DNA of 64,000 bases, taken from assembly GCA_934615235.1 (NCBI GenBank), contig CAKTTL010000002.1:6184-70183 (forward strand). Direction: 5' to 3'. Under the pieces are notes generated by a model. It was not told the origin of the DNA. It saw only the letters and a list, made by a program, of their open reading frames with translations, and ran no database searches. Of the stretch, positions 29,912 to 38,405 are shown piece after piece. The position numbers and the translations under genes are program-made. The DNA comes from an uncultured Clostridia bacterium (GTDB lineage: Bacteria > Bacillota > Clostridia > Christensenellales > Aristaeellaceae). Position 1 is the stretch's first letter, and each line of letters opens with the position of its first letter.

Positions 29912-29982
29912 GCGGGTGTAGCTCAATGGCAGAGTGCCAGCCTTCCAAGCTGGCTACGTGGGTTCGATTCCCATCACCCGCT
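29912..29982 (+). tRNA. tRNA-Gly (anticodon UCC), CCA not encoded
   Basis: Acceptor GCGGGTG/CACCCGC, anticodon arm CCAGC-CTTCCAA-GCTGG, T arm GTGGG-TTCGATT-CCCAT. Confidence 0.85.
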
Positions 29983-29991
29983 CTTGATATG

Positions 29992-30029
29992 ACCCTCCGT
30001 ACGGGCAGCCGTGCGGAGGGTTCTTTTTT
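29992..30029 (+). terminator. Intrinsic terminator after the tRNA cluster
   Basis: ACCCTCCG...CGGAGGGT followed by TCTTTTTT. Confidence 0.8.
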
Positions 30030-30060
30030 GCTCTGAAAAAGGTGGGGGAATGCTGCGCCG

Positions 30061-30091
30061 AAAAAAACGCGGCGTTCGACTTTTGCGCCGC
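30061..30091 (-). terminator. Intrinsic terminator downstream of copA
   Basis: On the minus strand, GCGGCG-CAAAAGTCGAA-CGCCGC followed by GTTTTTTT. Confidence 0.6.
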
Positions 30092-30120
30092 ACGCCGCGT
30101 CTGTTCGACCGCAGTCTGCC

Positions 30121-32637
30121 TTATTTGATTTCAGTTACCGTGTAACCCTTATCTTCGACGGCTTTTTTGAGCGCTGCATCCTCGACGGGCGCGCTGAGGG
30201 TGACAACGGCGGTGCCGTTCTCGTGGCTGACGGCGGCGGCGCTTACGCCTGCAATCGCCTCGAGCGTCTTCTTGACGGTCGCTTCGCAGTGGCCGCACAT
30301 CATACCGGTGATCTTCATCGTCTTTTCCATGGTTGTTTCCTCCTTGAATGTGTTGAGTTCGATGGGTTTTATTTTTTTATCCCGGCTGGCGTCGCGAAGC
30401 TTGAAAAGGTTCAGACGCAGCGCGTTGGATACCACGCAGAAGCTCGACAGGCTCATTGCCGCCGCGCCGAACATCGGGTTCAGCGTAAGGCCGAGCGGAA
30501 TGAATACGCCTGCGGCGAGCGGGATGCCGATGGTGTTGTAGAAGAACGCCCAGAAGAGGTTTTCGTGGATGTTGCGCAGCGTGGCGCGGCTGAGACGGAT
30601 GGCGGCGGGCACGTCGGTGAGGCGGCTCTTCATCAGTACCACGTCCGCCGCGTCGATGGCCACGTCCGTCCCTGCGCCGATGGCGATGCCGATGTCCGCG
30701 CGCGTCAGCGCGGGTGCGTCGTTGATGCCGTCGCCTACCATGGCGACCTTGCCCTGCTCTTTGAGCTTGCGGATGACGATTTCCTTGCCTTCCGGCAGCA
30801 CGCCGGCGATTACCTGATCCACGCCCGCCTGCGCTCCGATGGCTTTCGCCGTGCGCTCGTTGTCGCCGGTGAGCATGACCACGCGCAGCCCCATGTTCCG
30901 CAGCTCGCGCACAGCCTGCGGGCTGTCCTCCTTGATCACGTCGGCCACGGCGATTACGCCCAGCAGCTTGCCGCCTTCGGCGAAGAAGAGCGGCGTTTTG
31001 CCCTGCGCGGCGAGCGCGCCGGCCTGCGCTTTGAGCGCGTCCGGTACGGATGCATGGCCGCTGATGAAAGCGTAATTGCCGCCGCAAAGCGGCCGACCGT
31101 CGAGCGTCGCGGAAAGTCCGTTGCCCGGCAGCGCCTGAAAATCGGCGACTTCATCGGCCTGCAGGTTCTCTTCCTGCGCGCGCTGCAGGATGGCTTTGGC
31201 GAGCGGGTGCTCGCTCTTTTTTTCCAGCGCGAAGGCGCGTCGCAGCAGTTCGGTTCCGCTCGTGCCCTCGCAGGGGAGAATATCCGTCACCTTCGGTTCG
31301 CCCGAGGTGATCGTGCCGGTCTTGTCGAGCGCGACGATCTGGATGCGGCCGGTTTCCTCGAGAGACGCGGCGGTCTTGAAAAGGATGCCGTTTTTCGCGC
31401 CCAGCCCGCTGCCGACCATAATTGCTACCGGCGTGGCAAGCCCCAGCGCGCAGGGGCAGCTGATGACGAGCACGGAGATTCCGCGCGCGAGCGCGTATCC
31501 GATGGGGTGGCCGAGCAGCAGCCAGACGAGAGTTGTTACCGTCGCGATAGCGATAACCGCAGGAACAAACACGCCCGAAACCCTGTCGGCGATTTTTGCG
31601 ATGGGCGCTTTTGTCGCCGCCGCGTCGCTGACCATCTGGATGATCTGCGAGAGCGTCGTGTCCTCGCCGACGCGCGTCGCGCGGCATTTCAAAAAGCCCG
31701 ACTGATTCACCGTTGCCGCGGAAACGGAATCGCCCGCCGCCTTGTCTACCGGAATGCTTTCGCCCGTCAGAGCGGCCTCGTTGACGGCGCTTGCGCCTTC
31801 GAGCACCACGCCGTCCACCGGAATGCTTTCACCCGGGCGGACGACGAACACGTCGTCCTTCTGCACCTGCTCGATGGGGACGAGCGTTTCTTTGCCGTCG
31901 CGCAGGAGCGTCGCCGTTTTCGGCGCGAGCTTCATCAGCCCCTTGAGCGCGTCGGTCGTGCGCCCTTTCGAACGCGCCTCAAGCGTTTTGCCGACGGTGA
32001 TCAGCGTCAAAATCATTGCGGCGGATTCGAAGTAAAAGTCCATCATATAGCCCATGACGGCCTCCGTGTCGCCGCGTACCTGCGCGCCCGTCATGGCGAA
32101 AAGCGCGTACGTGCTGTAAACGAACGCCGCCGTTGCGCCGAGCGCGACGAGGGTATCCATGTTCGGCGCGCGATGCCACAGGCTCTTGAAACCGCTGATG
32201 AAAAATTTCTGATTGATTACCATCACGACGGCCGTGAGCAGCAGCTGCGTCAGCCCCATGGCGACGTGATTGTCCGTGTAAAACGCGGGCAGCGGCCAGC
32301 CCCACATCATGTGGCCCATCGAGAAATACATCAGCACTACCAGAAAACCGAGCGACCAGAAGAGCCGGCGCTTCAGCTTTGGCGTTTCATGGTCTTCCAG
32401 CTGCGCCTCCGCGTCGGATGGATTCATGGCGGCTTTGCCGCCCTTGATGGAGGCGCCGTATCCCGCTTCCTGCACCGCGGCGATGACCGCGTCGTCGGCT
32501 GCCGTGCCTTCGACGCCCATCGAGTTGGTCAACAGGCTGACGGAGCACGCCGTCACGCCGGGCACCTTGGAAACGGCCTTCTCTACGCGCGCGCTGCACG
32601 CTGCGCAGCTCATGCCGGTTACGTTGAATTGCTTCAT
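30121..32637 (-). CDS. copA: Copper-translocating P1B-type ATPase with N-terminal and C-terminal HMA domains
   Basis: Likely start is the ATG at 32637 ([18 protein letters not shown]). CPC ([13 protein letters not shown]), DKTGT and GDGINDAP motifs. An extra C-terminal [17 protein letters not shown] heavy-metal-associated domain lies in the same frame. Confidence 0.92.
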   Translation of the reverse strand: MKQFNVTGMSCAACSARVEKAVSKVPGVTACSVSLLTNSMGVEGTAADDAVIAAVQEAGYGASIKGGKAAMNPSDAEAQLEDHETPKLKRRLFWSLGFLVVLMYFSMGHMMWGWPLPAFYTDNHVAMGLTQLLLTAVVMVINQKFFISGFKSLWHRAPNMDTLVALGATAAFVYSTYALFAMTGAQVRGDTEAVMGYMMDFYFESAAMILTLITVGKTLEARSKGRTTDALKGLMKLAPKTATLLRDGKETLVPIEQVQKDDVFVVRPGESIPVDGVVLEGASAVNEAALTGESIPVDKAAGDSVSAATVNQSGFLKCRATRVGEDTTLSQIIQMVSDAAATKAPIAKIADRVSGVFVPAVIAIATVTTLVWLLLGHPIGYALARGISVLVISCPCALGLATPVAIMVGSGLGAKNGILFKTAASLEETGRIQIVALDKTGTITSGEPKVTDILPCEGTSGTELLRRAFALEKKSEHPLAKAILQRAQEENLQADEVADFQALPGNGLSATLDGRPLCGGNYAFISGHASVPDALKAQAGALAAQGKTPLFFAEGGKLLGVIAVADVIKEDSPQAVRELRNMGLRVVMLTGDNERTAKAIGAQAGVDQVIAGVLPEGKEIVIRKLKEQGKVAMVGDGINDAPALTRADIGIAIGAGTDVAIDAADVVLMKSRLTDVPAAIRLSRATLRNIHENLFWAFFYNTIGIPLAAGVFIPLGLTLNPMFGAAAMSLSSFCVVSNALRLNLFKLRDASRDKKIKPIELNTFKEETTMEKTMKITGMMCGHCEATVKKTLEAIAGVSAAAVSHENGTAVVTLSAPVEDAALKKAVEDKGYTVTEIK

Positions 32638-32687
32638 TTTTTTCACGCTCCCTGTTGCGCAATATCGGTAGTATGAGTTCCTCTGCG

Positions 32688-32996
32688 TTATTTCATTAGC
32701 TTTTGCAGCGTGACGACGAGTTCGTCGATCACTTCGTCCTTGCCTTCCCGAATATCCTGAGCCACGCACGAACGAATATGGCTGGCAAGCAGCTCCTTAT
32801 TGAAGGCATTGATTGCCGCGTTGACCGCCGCCGACTGAACCAGAATATCGGGGCAGTACGCATCGTTTTCCACCATGCCGCGAATGCCGCGAATCTGTCC
32901 CTCGATGCGATTCAGACGATGGATGAGCTTTTTGTATTCTTCCGGAGAACGCTCTTTTTTTCGCTGCGAACAGTGGCAACACTTTTCCTTATCCAT
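32688..32996 (-). CDS. csoR: CsoR-family copper-sensing transcriptional repressor
   Basis: ..[32 protein letters not shown].. is the typical CsoR/RcnR fold signature. The ATG at 32996 (MDKEK) after GAGGTG is preferred over 33014, which would overlap operator box 1. Confidence 0.85.
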   Translation of the reverse strand: MDKEKCCHCSQRKKERSPEEYKKLIHRLNRIEGQIRGIRGMVENDAYCPDILVQSAAVNAAINAFNKELLASHIRSCVAQDIREGKDEVIDELVVTLQKLMK

Positions 32997-33013
32997 AGCG
33001 CACCTCGTTTTCA

Positions 33014-33057
33014 TATACCCTCATGGGGTATATGAAGTATATACCCGGCGGGGGTAT
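33014..33057. promoter_or_regulatory. Two CsoR-type operator boxes upstream of csoR-copA
   Basis: TATACCCTCATGGGGTATA (33014-33032) and ATACCCGGCGGGGGTAT (33041-33057). Both have the TACCC-N4/5-GGGTA architecture known for CsoR sites. Confidence 0.7.
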
Positions 33058-33185
33058 TTGTCAAGCATTTTGGGAAAAGGAAAAAAACGCCAGAATCCCT
33101 TGCGGCATAAAATGGTGCGCGCCTCGTCATACTAGCCTCGCAGAACCGCACAGGTCGATCCAAACAAGAGGAGGCGTTTTGAAAA

Positions 33186-33377
33186 ATGAGAGCAACGGGC
33201 ATTGTCCGCCGCATCGATGAACTGGGCCGCGTGGTGATCCCGAAGGAAATTCGCAGAACTCTGCGAATTCGGGAGGGCGACCCGCTGCTGACAACCGGGA
33301 ACGGAGTGGACGTTCCTGCGATTTTGGGTTTGCTTGCCAGTGTGATTGAAAGCCGCGGGATTCATTCGAGAAAATAG
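33186..33377 (+). CDS. SpoVT/AbrB-type N-terminal fragment fused to unrelated sequence (probably a truncated spoVT-like gene)
   Basis: Residues 1-34, MRATGIVRRIDELGRVVIPKEIRRTLRIREGDPL, are nearly identical to my recollection of the SpoVT N-terminus. Homology stops at codon 35 (nt 33288), where a 110-bp repeat begins. The expected EIF..GEVILKKY strands are missing. Confidence 0.6.
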   Translation: MRATGIVRRIDELGRVVIPKEIRRTLRIREGDPLLTTGNGVDVPAILGLLASVIESRGIHSRK

Positions 33378-33397
33378 GCGGGAAAACCTGCGTGGTG
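33288..33397 (+). repeat. 110-bp imperfect direct repeat, copy A
   Basis: Aligns without gaps to 35165-35274 with 16 mismatches (hand alignment, ~85% identity). Confidence 0.85.
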
Positions 33398-33568
33398 ACG
33401 AAGCATCTGGAAAATGAGAGAGCGGCGAATTGTCCGCAACCTGTGCAAATTTTGCACAAGTTGCGGATAATGGAAAATTTCAATTGTTTATCCCCTGTAG
33501 CCTTCTGACCCCTTGTCAAGTTTCGGATGTGGTCATGAAACATTCTGTGAGGACCAGCTGATCGAGCA

Positions 33569-34624
33569 CTATTCATCCCCATTCCAGACATACGCCGTAT
33601 ATCGTCCGCCGCTGAGCTTTGTGATCTCACCGGATTTCAGCAGGTCTGCCAGCGCTCGCTGGACGGTGATCTGACTGATATCCGGGCATTTGGCCATGAT
33701 TTCACTTTTGGTGATCTTGCCGAGATGATTTTTGATGACCGCTCGCACCCGGTCTGGCTTGGAAAGCCCCTTGGTGGTCAGCAGCTCGATTCGACTTTCA
33801 AAATCACGGTACGCAGCTAGCAGAATCCCCAGCATATAGGTGACAAAGGGCGCATAATCATTCGTTCCCTCGTGCCAGTTGCAAGAGCTGGCCTGCAACG
33901 CCTCATAATAGGTCTCCTTGGTATCGGAGATCAGCTTCTCGATACTGATGTATTTGCCCACGATATAGCCGGAACGGTATAAAAGCAACAATGTAAGAAG
34001 TCTGCTTATGCGGCCGTTGCCATCATTGAAGGGGTGAATGCATAGAAAGTCCAGTATAAAAATGGGAATCAGCAGCAGCGGGTCAAGTTCTGTATCCCGC
34101 ATTGCCTCTTCAAAAGCATTGCACAATGCCGTGATGGCCTCCGGCGTTTCCCATGCTGGGACAGGCTCAAACCGGACGATTCGTTGACCATCCGGTAATT
34201 CTTCGGCAATCACATTGTCTGAATTTTTGAAGCTGCCTCCGATGGACTTATCGCTGAACTTGTACAGATCCCGATGAAGCTGCAAGATGACGGACGGCTT
34301 TGGCGGGATATAGTCATGGCTTTCGTGAATCGTCGTAAGAACATCACGGTATCCGGCAATCTCTTTTTCATTGCGGTTTTGGGGCATGGTCTTCTCGCGG
34401 ACAATCTTTTTCAGGCGGTCGTCCGTCGTAATAATGCCTTCAATCCGGTTAGAGGCTTCGGTACTCTGTATCTTTGCAACCTCCAAGAGGTTGGATAGCG
34501 CGTCCGCTTTGGCTTCGATAAAAAGGTTTTGCCGCCCTTTATATTCGTGAATCTGTGTAAGATATGCCACGACCTCAGGTGTCAGGAGCTGATTGTATTC
34601 TGCTTTGAAGGAAAAGACTCTCAT
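33569..34624 (-). CDS. Fic-family protein (class II, N-terminal auto-inhibitory helix) with a C-terminal wHTH-like domain
   Basis: Canonical HPFNDGNGRISR motif (nt 34001-34036) and the inhibitory S-x-x-x-E-G motif SNRIEG (nt 34436-34453). Confidence 0.9.
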   Translation of the reverse strand: MRVFSFKAEYNQLLTPEVVAYLTQIHEYKGRQNLFIEAKADALSNLLEVAKIQSTEASNRIEGIITTDDRLKKIVREKTMPQNRNEKEIAGYRDVLTTIHESHDYIPPKPSVILQLHRDLYKFSDKSIGGSFKNSDNVIAEELPDGQRIVRFEPVPAWETPEAITALCNAFEEAMRDTELDPLLLIPIFILDFLCIHPFNDGNGRISRLLTLLLLYRSGYIVGKYISIEKLISDTKETYYEALQASSCNWHEGTNDYAPFVTYMLGILLAAYRDFESRIELLTTKGLSKPDRVRAVIKNHLGKITKSEIMAKCPDISQITVQRALADLLKSGEITKLSGGRYTAYVWNGDE

Positions 34625-34985
34625 ATAAGTCCCTCATTTACGTTTTAATTTAATCATTATTGTCTCAAAGATTTAATTATAGTATACCCGGATCGTGACA
34701 TCACGTCAATCGAAATTTTATCTTTTTGCTTAAAATGATAAAATTAAAGAGCTTGATGATGAAACGGTATGTTCTCTAACGCGCCTCCTCATTTCCAGAT
34801 CATTCGCTTTCCTGCTTGCTTTTCTGCAAGATTTCAAGAGGCTTTTCTGTTTTCTTGAACACGAGCCGGATTCCACTGGTTTAAGCCAATTTCTCCGTAT
34901 ATTCAGGTGATAAGGAATATTGAAACTACACTGATCTAATACTCCCCAAAACCACGGGGACGAGATTTTTTGCGTCAATGTTCTT

Positions 34986-35147
34986 AGGGTGTATCTGAAA
35001 AATTCCCTGAGACTCCATCACGGCGTCTTTTCCGCCATTTCTGTGTCGGAAAACCTCGATTTAGCGCCGCTAAACCTTCGGTTTCCCTCCTTGAACTGAC
35101 GAAAAATCCGCTCGAGCTGTCGCCTCTTCCTTTTTCAGATACACCCT
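34986..35147 (+). repeat. MITE-like dispersed element, full-length copy 3
   Basis: Same 17-bp inverted termini and >90% similar interior to copies 1 and 2 by eye. Confidence 0.85.
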
Positions 35148-35164
35148 AGCAATGGCGCATGCTA

Positions 35165-35274
35165 CTGACAACCGGGAACGAAATGGACGTTTCTGCGATT
35201 TTCGGCTTGATTGCAAGTGTAATGGAAAGCCATGGGATTCATTCGAAAAGATAGGCGGGAAAAGCTGTGTCGTG
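35165..35274 (+). repeat. 110-bp imperfect direct repeat, copy B
   Basis: Matches 33288-33397. In the same frame it would encode (M)LLTTGNEMDVSAIFGLIASVMESHGIHSKR. Confidence 0.85.
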
Positions 35275-35297
35275 CCGGCAGAAATGCCGGCTTTTTT
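35274..35297 (+). terminator. Intrinsic terminator immediately after repeat copy B
   Basis: GCCGGC-AGAAAT-GCCGGC followed by TTTTTT. Confidence 0.7.
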
Positions 35298-35385
35298 CGT
35301 TGTCTGGGCGTGTATATCCGCTTGGAAACGTGCTATAATAACGACGAATATTGAATCGAATTCTAAATTGGTCGGAGATGAGACG

Positions 35386-36645
35386 ATGGCATACATCCAT
35401 AGAAGCATCGAAGAGCGCCTGACCAAGGCGGCGGAAACCTACAAAGCGGTGCTGGTCACGGGGCCACGTCAGGTGGGAAAGTCAACCATGCTCAAAAAGG
35501 TCTTTCCGGGGCGGAAGTACGTCTCGCTGGACGATCCATTCCTTGAGGAACAGGCGAATCAGAATGGATTCATGTTCATGATGCTCAATCCGCCGCCCAT
35601 CACCTTCGACGAGGTGCAGCGAGCGCTCGTGCTGTTTCGCTATATCAAGATGAAGTGTGATGAGACGGAGGAGAAGGGGCTGTTTTGTCTGTCCGGATCG
35701 CAGCAGTTCAGGCTGATGCAGAATGTGTCCGAAACGCTGTCCGGGCGGATCAGCATTCTCGAGTTGGCGGGCCTGTCGCTGCGCGAGATTCAGGACGATC
35801 CCTTCAGCAAGCCCTTCCTGCCCACAATGGAGTACATTCTGGAGCGTCAAAAGACGGCCAAAGCGCCCGAGAACATCTGGGCGATCATCCATCGAGGCTC
35901 CTATCCTGCGCTTCAGGACGAAAATCTGGAATGGACGACATTCTACGCTGATTACGTCCGCACCTACATCGAGCGCGACGTGCGCGAGCTCTCCGCAGTG
36001 CGGGATTTGGACGCGTTTCGCCGCTTCATGATCGCCACGGCCGCGCGCACCGGCGAAATGCTCAACTATTCCAACATCGCCGACGAGGTGGGGAAGGATG
36101 TTGCGACCATCAGGAACTGGATATCCATTCTCGAGGCATCGGGCATCATTTACCTGCTGGAGCCCTACACGTCCGCGGTGCTGAAGCGTGCCATCAAAAC
36201 GCCCAAGCTCTACTTCCGAGATACCGGTCTGGCCTGCTATCTGACCCGCTGGCTGACCGCCGACGCGCTGGCCTACGGCGCGATGAATGGCCCCATGTTC
36301 GAGACATTCGTCATTTCAGAGATCCTGAAGTCCTTCTCCAATGCCGGGCTGGATTACCGTTATTTCGTTTCATATTATCGTGGCAAGGACAAGGCCCGAA
36401 CGCAGAAAAATGGCGAAACCGTTGAGACGGAAAATGAAATCGACTTCATCATCGAGCAAAACGGCGTGTTATATCCCGTAGAGATCAAGAAGGCGTCCAG
36501 CGTGCACGCCGATATGACCAGTGCGTTTCAGGTGCTGGACAGAATTTCCGAAAAGAAGCGCGGCATGGGCGCGGTGATCTGCACCTGCCCGCAGCCCGGT
36601 CAGCTGCGCGAAAACGTGCTGCAGATTCCCATGTGGTATATCTGA
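35386..36645 (+). CDS. AAA+ ATPase, AAA_14 + DUF4143 architecture (COG1373-like)
   Basis: Likely start is the ATG at 35386 (MAYIHRSIEERL..) after GGAGA. Walker A is GPRQVGKST. The track ORF start at 35152 is an artefactual read-through of repeat copy B. Confidence 0.8.
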   Translation: MAYIHRSIEERLTKAAETYKAVLVTGPRQVGKSTMLKKVFPGRKYVSLDDPFLEEQANQNGFMFMMLNPPPITFDEVQRALVLFRYIKMKCDETEEKGLFCLSGSQQFRLMQNVSETLSGRISILELAGLSLREIQDDPFSKPFLPTMEYILERQKTAKAPENIWAIIHRGSYPALQDENLEWTTFYADYVRTYIERDVRELSAVRDLDAFRRFMIATAARTGEMLNYSNIADEVGKDVATIRNWISILEASGIIYLLEPYTSAVLKRAIKTPKLYFRDTGLACYLTRWLTADALAYGAMNGPMFETFVISEILKSFSNAGLDYRYFVSYYRGKDKARTQKNGETVETENEIDFIIEQNGVLYPVEIKKASSVHADMTSAFQVLDRISEKKRGMGAVICTCPQPGQLRENVLQIPMWYI

Positions 36646-36772
36646 CGGAATGGAAACAATGGGGAAAGGGGTCTTCATGTCAATTTAGGCTGACTTCGAC
36701 GTTATCAATCGTGGTGGCGAGATGCTGACGGATGCTATGTGCGTAAACGCAACGAGGACAGACTGCCGCCTA

Positions 36773-38126
36773 GATAAGGTACAATAAATTGCGCAAAAAG
36801 GAGAAGGGATAAAAGAAGACATAGTTTGCAGACTCTGGTAGAATGAAGTTGCGAGACAGCATTCTGAAAGGAGACAGCAAACTATGTCCGAGAAAATTGT
36901 ACAGCTAAACGAGGAAGTAATCAAGGGACAGATCAAGGAATTGGTCCGTGACAGCGTGGAAGAAACGCTGAATGAGCTGCTGGAGAAAGAGGCGGAATCG
37001 CTGACGCAGGCGGCCCGCTACGAGCGCAGCGAGGCCCGTTAGGGCTATCGCAGCGGCCACTATGACAGGAACCTTACCACGACCTCCGGTGACGTTACGC
37101 TCCATATGCCGCGGCTCAAGGGCGTTTCCTTCGAGACGGCTATCATCGAGCGGTATCGCCGCCGGGAGAGCAGCGTGGAAGAAGCACTCATTGAGATGTA
37201 CCTGGCAGGTGTTTCCGTGCGCCGTGTGGAGGACATCACCGAGGCTCTGTGGGGCAGCAAAGTCTCGCCTGCCACCATCAGTGAGCTGAACAAGAAAGCC
37301 TACGTCCACATCGAGGACTGGCGGAACCGCCCTTTGCAGGGTGGTCGGTATCCGTATGTCTATGTGGATGGCATTTATCTGCGCCGCAACTGGGGCGGAG
37401 AATACGAAAATGTCGCCATTTTGGTGGCAATCGCCGTGAATGAGGACGGTTTCTGTGAGGTCTTGGGTGCTGCCGAGGGGATGAAAGAGGACAAGGCAAG
37501 TTGGGTCAGCTTCTTTCAGTGGCTTCGCGGGCGCGGCCTGAACGGCGTGAAGCTCATCGTCGGCGACAAGTGCATGGGGATGCTGGAGGCTGTGGGCGAA
37601 GTATTCCCGGATGCCAAATATCAGCGCTGCATCGTGCATTTCTACCGCAATGTTTTCTCCGTTGTACCCAAATCAAAGGTCAAGATCGTGGCGAAGATGC
37701 TCAAGGCAATCCATGCACAGGAGAGCAAGAAAGCCTCCCGCGAGAAGGCAAAGGCTGTTGTTGCCGAGTTAAAAACAATGAAGCTGAAGGAGGCCGCCAA
37801 GAAAGTCGAGGACGGCATTGAAGAAACGCTGACCTATTGTGATTTTCCGAGCGAGCACTGGACGCGCATTCGCACCAACAATGTAATTGAGCGGCTGAAC
37901 CGCGAGGTTCGCCGCAGGACCCGCGTGGTGGGGACGTTCCCGGATGGAAACTCCGCCCTGATGCTGGTCTGTGCCAGGTTTCGCCACGTGGCAGGCACCC
38001 AGTGGGGCAACAAAAAGTACATGAACATGAAGCATTTGGAGGCAGCTCTGGACGACGCCTTCATTGCCGGCTGACTTCATTCTGCCAAGTCTGCAAACAT
38101 TTTTGCGCATAAACCTTGACGGCAAC
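36773..38126 (+). mobile_element. IS256-family insertion sequence (~1354 bp) with an 8-bp target site duplication
   Basis: GCCGCCTA occurs at 36765-36772 and 38127-38134, directly flanking the element. The left end GATAAGGTACAATAAATTGCGCAAAA and the reverse complement of the right end GTTGCCGTCAAGGTTTATGCGCAAAA form imperfect terminal IRs. Subterminal inverted repeats lie at 36824-36848 and 38075-38098. Confidence 0.8.
36884..38074 (+). pseudogene. IS256-family transposase interrupted by one in-frame TAG (codon 53)
   Basis: MSEKIVQLNEE...ARYERSEAR-TAG(37040-37042)-GYRSGHYDRNL... continues in the same frame into the 322-aa track ORF (37106-38074), which carries the DDE-type MULE domain. Confidence 0.8.
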
Positions 38127-38405
38127 GCCGCCTATGGCGGTTGCAACTGCGTCGTCGATAGCTGAAGTGATGTACGTTCTGCATTCGGACATTGCGCCAA
38201 AGGGCGCGCATATTGAGAACGAACTGTTAAAACTTCCAATGCATAGAATGAAAGATTATCGTATGAAATATTCGCTGTTTTCCAACCTCATTCAGGGCAG
38301 AGATCATGTTCGTGAAGTGAGACGGACGCGTAGTTCAAACAATAAGCGCATTGATTTTTTCGTTCAAATGAAGCAGCTTACTGTTGCTGTTCATGGTGCG
38401 ATCTT

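Noticed and set aside
34625-34985. 82-aa minus-strand ORF (34730-34978) in the AT-rich spacer between Fic and MITE copy 3.
   Set aside because: It has no RBS, and its composition is odd and Ser/Arg/Lys-rich. The region is better explained as the Fic promoter/leader plus decayed DNA.
35152-35385. N-terminal 78-aa extension of the DUF4143 ATPase ORF as given in the track.
   Set aside because: The extension reads through repeat copy B and its terminator in a different frame from the repeat's conserved peptide. A good RBS plus ATG at 35386 starts exactly at the conserved MAYIHR.. N-terminus of this ATPase family.
37040-37042. In-frame TAG in the IS256 transposase read as pyrrolysine or programmed read-through.
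   Set aside because: There are no pyl genes or PYLIS-like context in the window. A single transition from CAG explains the codon, assuming the original residue was Gln as I expect for IS256-type transposases. It is treated as a nonsense mutation pending read-level confirmation.
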